Assembly: GCA_944383895.1 (NCBI GenBank)
Contig: CALWRH010000004.1
Location: forward strand, 17,287 to 81,286
Reading direction: 5' to 3'
Source of the DNA: an uncultured Christensenellaceae bacterium
GTDB taxonomy: Bacteria; Bacillota; Clostridia; Christensenellales; UBA3700
Length of the DNA: 64,000 bases
Below, piece by piece: positions 62,601 to 64,000 of this stretch (the first letter of the stretch is position 1; each line of letters starts with the position of its first letter). The notes under the pieces were generated by a model. The model saw only the letters and a program-made list of their open reading frames with translations, was not told where the DNA came from and did no database searches. Both the position numbers and the translations under genes were made by a program.

Positions 62601-64000
62601 AACGCGGATCTCGGAGCGTTCGTCGAGCAATTTGTAAAGACGTGGCTGCCCGATACCGATATCAGACTCAACGTTTCGGGCGGAAAAGTAAAACTTTCCG
62701 TGGCTCTCAATGCCGAGAGAGGAGAGTATTCCGTAGTTCTCTCTGAAGGCGACGGCAACGAGCTCATCGGCGCGCGTGCCACAGGCGATACCATCGTGGT
62801 CACGGTAGTCGATTTCGGCAGCTTCCTGCTCAGAGATACAGGCATAGTCGCAACGATAGAAAAAGCGGTGAACGACGCGATAGCGGGTATAGAGAACGCG
62901 GACCTCAATACGCTTTTCTCCAATCTGCTCAATCCCAAGGACGATCCTTCTCAGCCCGAAGGCGGTGAGGGAACGGAAGAACCTTCTCAACCCGAAGGCA
63001 GCGAAGGTTCGAGCACTGCGATCGACATAGTATCTCTTCTCGGAGGAATATCCGTCGACGACGCCGTTATTAATATTGATATCACGCGCGAGATGATAGC
63101 GGGCATACTTTCTACGTTCGGCATAGAAGTGGATTTTGTTTCGGCGGGAGGAGCGATAGACATCTTCGGAGGTAAAGCGCAGATAAGCGCGGTTATCGGA
63201 GATAACGCTCTCGAGCTCGGCATCGGATTGTCCATTGGCAGAACCGACGACGAAACGACGGATTACGCTTATGCGCGCGCTATGCTTGCGGCTTACGGCG
63301 ATGAAGGTTTCGTTCCTACGGGAGAGAACGACGCCGAAAATCTGCGCGCATACCTCGTGGCAGGACTCAAAGCGTACGGAGAATACCGCAGTTATATGGA
63401 CAGCTGGTCGCTTTCTGCGCTCAGCACCGAATACACGCGTTACGTTCAGTCAGACAGCGTGCTCGTGTTTACGTCGCGCGACGATCTGCGTCAATACGTC
63501 ATGGGCATTCTCGAGGGCGTTTCGCTTGAGGCGGAAGTCACGTTGGACTTCACTCCGGGTGAGTACAATATCCTCGAGCTCGTCAGCAAGTTCACCGATA
63601 TAGAAAAACTCGGTCTGCCTGAGGACTCGAAACTCATCGTGTCTTTCGGAGAACCGTCAGTAGATCTTTCGATAAGATTCAACAGCGCGATACGCAACAC
63701 GGACAGCGGCGTCGAGGGCGTGATGGGACTTGAAATAATCACAGAAAAAGATCTGTCTTTCGGCACGACTCTCGGCGGCGGAGACGCAGTCACGGTAATA
63801 CCTGCGGGCGAGGCGCTGCTTGCGGTCTACATATACGACGGCAGTCTGTACATAGACGTGACGGCGCTCGAAGTGCTCGGTCTGAGTCTGCCCGTATTCA
63901 AGGCGGACAACTTCGATCTGCCTGAATTCCTTTACAATCAGATAGACTCTATGCTCAAAGGTATTTTCGCTGAAGATACCTCTGGAGGAGACGGCACTGC
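59682..64000 (+). CDS. Giant surface lipoprotein, 5' partial (at least 1439 codons, open at the window edge), with InlB-B/Listeria-Bacteroides repeat domain and a super-repeat of about 600 aa
   Basis: ATG at 59682 after the purine-rich SD GAGAGGTGGAG. Hand translation of every codon to 63998 found no stop. Signal peptide plus lipobox LVLTAC|DQ. YNITLDYDGG...AGYIFSGWSDG...LKAVW. Absent from the ORF track because it has no in-window stop. Confidence 0.85.
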   Translation, partial: MKRFKKTATSVLVVFVVVLALSLVLTACDQTTTTTDVSYNITLDYDGGAISGTGSTTVSVNSGQQIDLSQYKPVKAGYIFSGWSDGKQIYKGTYTPSADVTLKAVWIKSGSNTTLNALKTLLDAMDQEGAYGFVFEGSGTDADGKLTSIALKASVSSEEKYTLGFEISDADGNRTVGIYVMDGVFYVWSPEMGGVALEDFDMDYILQVAVRTPEVLGNLLGNIDLAGFSFDTILNMLFEMFTKTTVSAEGTDTVYNVAINPAGLKSIVSLLNLINLDSLLAGAGLNIKTAGVIDWFMSILPEMTINLKFMVGMESGKLTGVQSDAVYEGEKYFEFSTVDAGFYAEDEVVPVAPEELEGYQQISLGNIDMHVDFSVENESADLGAFINAVTGTTAVPVGTLLLDSGLRYRLTLKTQLDIAQNTVTDENYIVLELDELGKDGSLKPFLSAYYKKGNVYIDVAKTVGGIYGGKGVKIGVDLKELISEVKGVVTDAIDSTFFTEDRAISGNAVLNKNGVVALSGSEGNYYVSSGALNFIQVIVGVFGVDGDKVSVTDGEDEGGKYSILNFNIDDEFLSAFLNAIGQKNVSVPDFGAINLDIRLEADGLQSVGINADLEGGIKASIMFDNFSIGKKPEFDGYDGISDYIDAQVGDESNYTYSVKELVYSLLEGVSLDVDAKLSLAAGNYNIMDIVSLFGIENTDGVATPWTVSKDSTVDATLSARLALDPATEKISAVVKIILNKDFALGTDKILPAGELISVYLSEDGTGYIDLSGIELFGVNLPALKANIDLTSVTDKLSESLNTDLVFDVSGLFGTSEEETLSRLNADASSKPLSMNSQVTAEASDIIINSDSLKVNVTLATVSALLNAFGVSIALPDGLEADLSASLDGEGLNVELDASVAASEGYDALGLGLGISVGKGGLMTGVDGMSAEIENTIRTETADLADAQSNVIKALLGTVGKMTIEAEIDVTSDENADLGAFVEQFVKTWLPDTDIRLNVSGGKVKLSVALNAERGEYSVVLSEGDGNELIGARATGDTIVVTVVDFGSFLLRDTGIVATIEKAVNDAIAGIENADLNTLFSNLLNPKDDPSQPEGGEGTEEPSQPEGSEGSSTAIDIVSLLGGISVDDAVINIDITREMIAGILSTFGIEVDFVSAGGAIDIFGGKAQISAVIGDNALELGIGLSIGRTDDETTDYAYARAMLAAYGDEGFVPTGENDAENLRAYLVAGLKAYGEYRSYMDSWSLSALSTEYTRYVQSDSVLVFTSRDDLRQYVMGILEGVSLEAEVTLDFTPGEYNILELVSKFTDIEKLGLPEDSKLIVSFGEPSVDLSIRFNSAIRNTDSGVEGVMGLEIITEKDLSFGTTLGGGDAVTVIPAGEALLAVYIYDGSLYIDVTALEVLGLSLPVFKADNFDLPEFLYNQIDSMLKGIFAEDTSGGDGT

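Overview
The window is a 64-kb chromosomal segment. It looks like it comes from a Clostridia-class Firmicute. That is an inference from gene content: an rnfCDGEAB operon preceded by a Gx-transporter gene, DegV, a CwlD-like amidase, rubrerythrin, DUF378/DUF951 proteins and a UPF0210/ACT pair. I support about 54 protein-coding genes. I saw no rRNA, tRNA, CRISPR array, transposase or integrase.

Gene content is mostly housekeeping and energy metabolism: Rnf, a glycerol-kinase/G3P-dehydrogenase cluster, a CoA-transferase, a P-type ATPase and an ABC exporter. Interspersed with these is a glycan-foraging set: two GH20 hexosaminidases, GH36-like and GH27 alpha-galactosidases, a GH38 alpha-mannosidase, three GPH-family MFS symporters, and AraC and TetR regulators.

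Items most worth a second look:
- An open-ended giant lipoprotein gene (59682 to the window edge, at least 1439 codons) is missing from the supplied ORF track. It is built from a diverged super-repeat of about 600 aa.
- A tandem pair of about 165-nt structured non-coding units (38171-38543) has a compensatory base-pair change and intrinsic-terminator-like 3' ends.
- A cluster of four DnaA boxes sits at 16046-16137 with no dnaA/dnaN nearby.
- An 834-aa protein fuses a polytopic membrane region, a coiled coil and an acidic linker to a uL15-like C-terminal domain.
- A 44-aa ORF with a strong Shine-Dalgarno (SD) site falls below the ORF-track size cut-off.

Nearly every gene carries a long codon-aligned antisense ORF. 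I interpret these as codon-usage shadows, not genes.

All family assignments rest on motifs I recognised by eye. No database search or folding computation was run.
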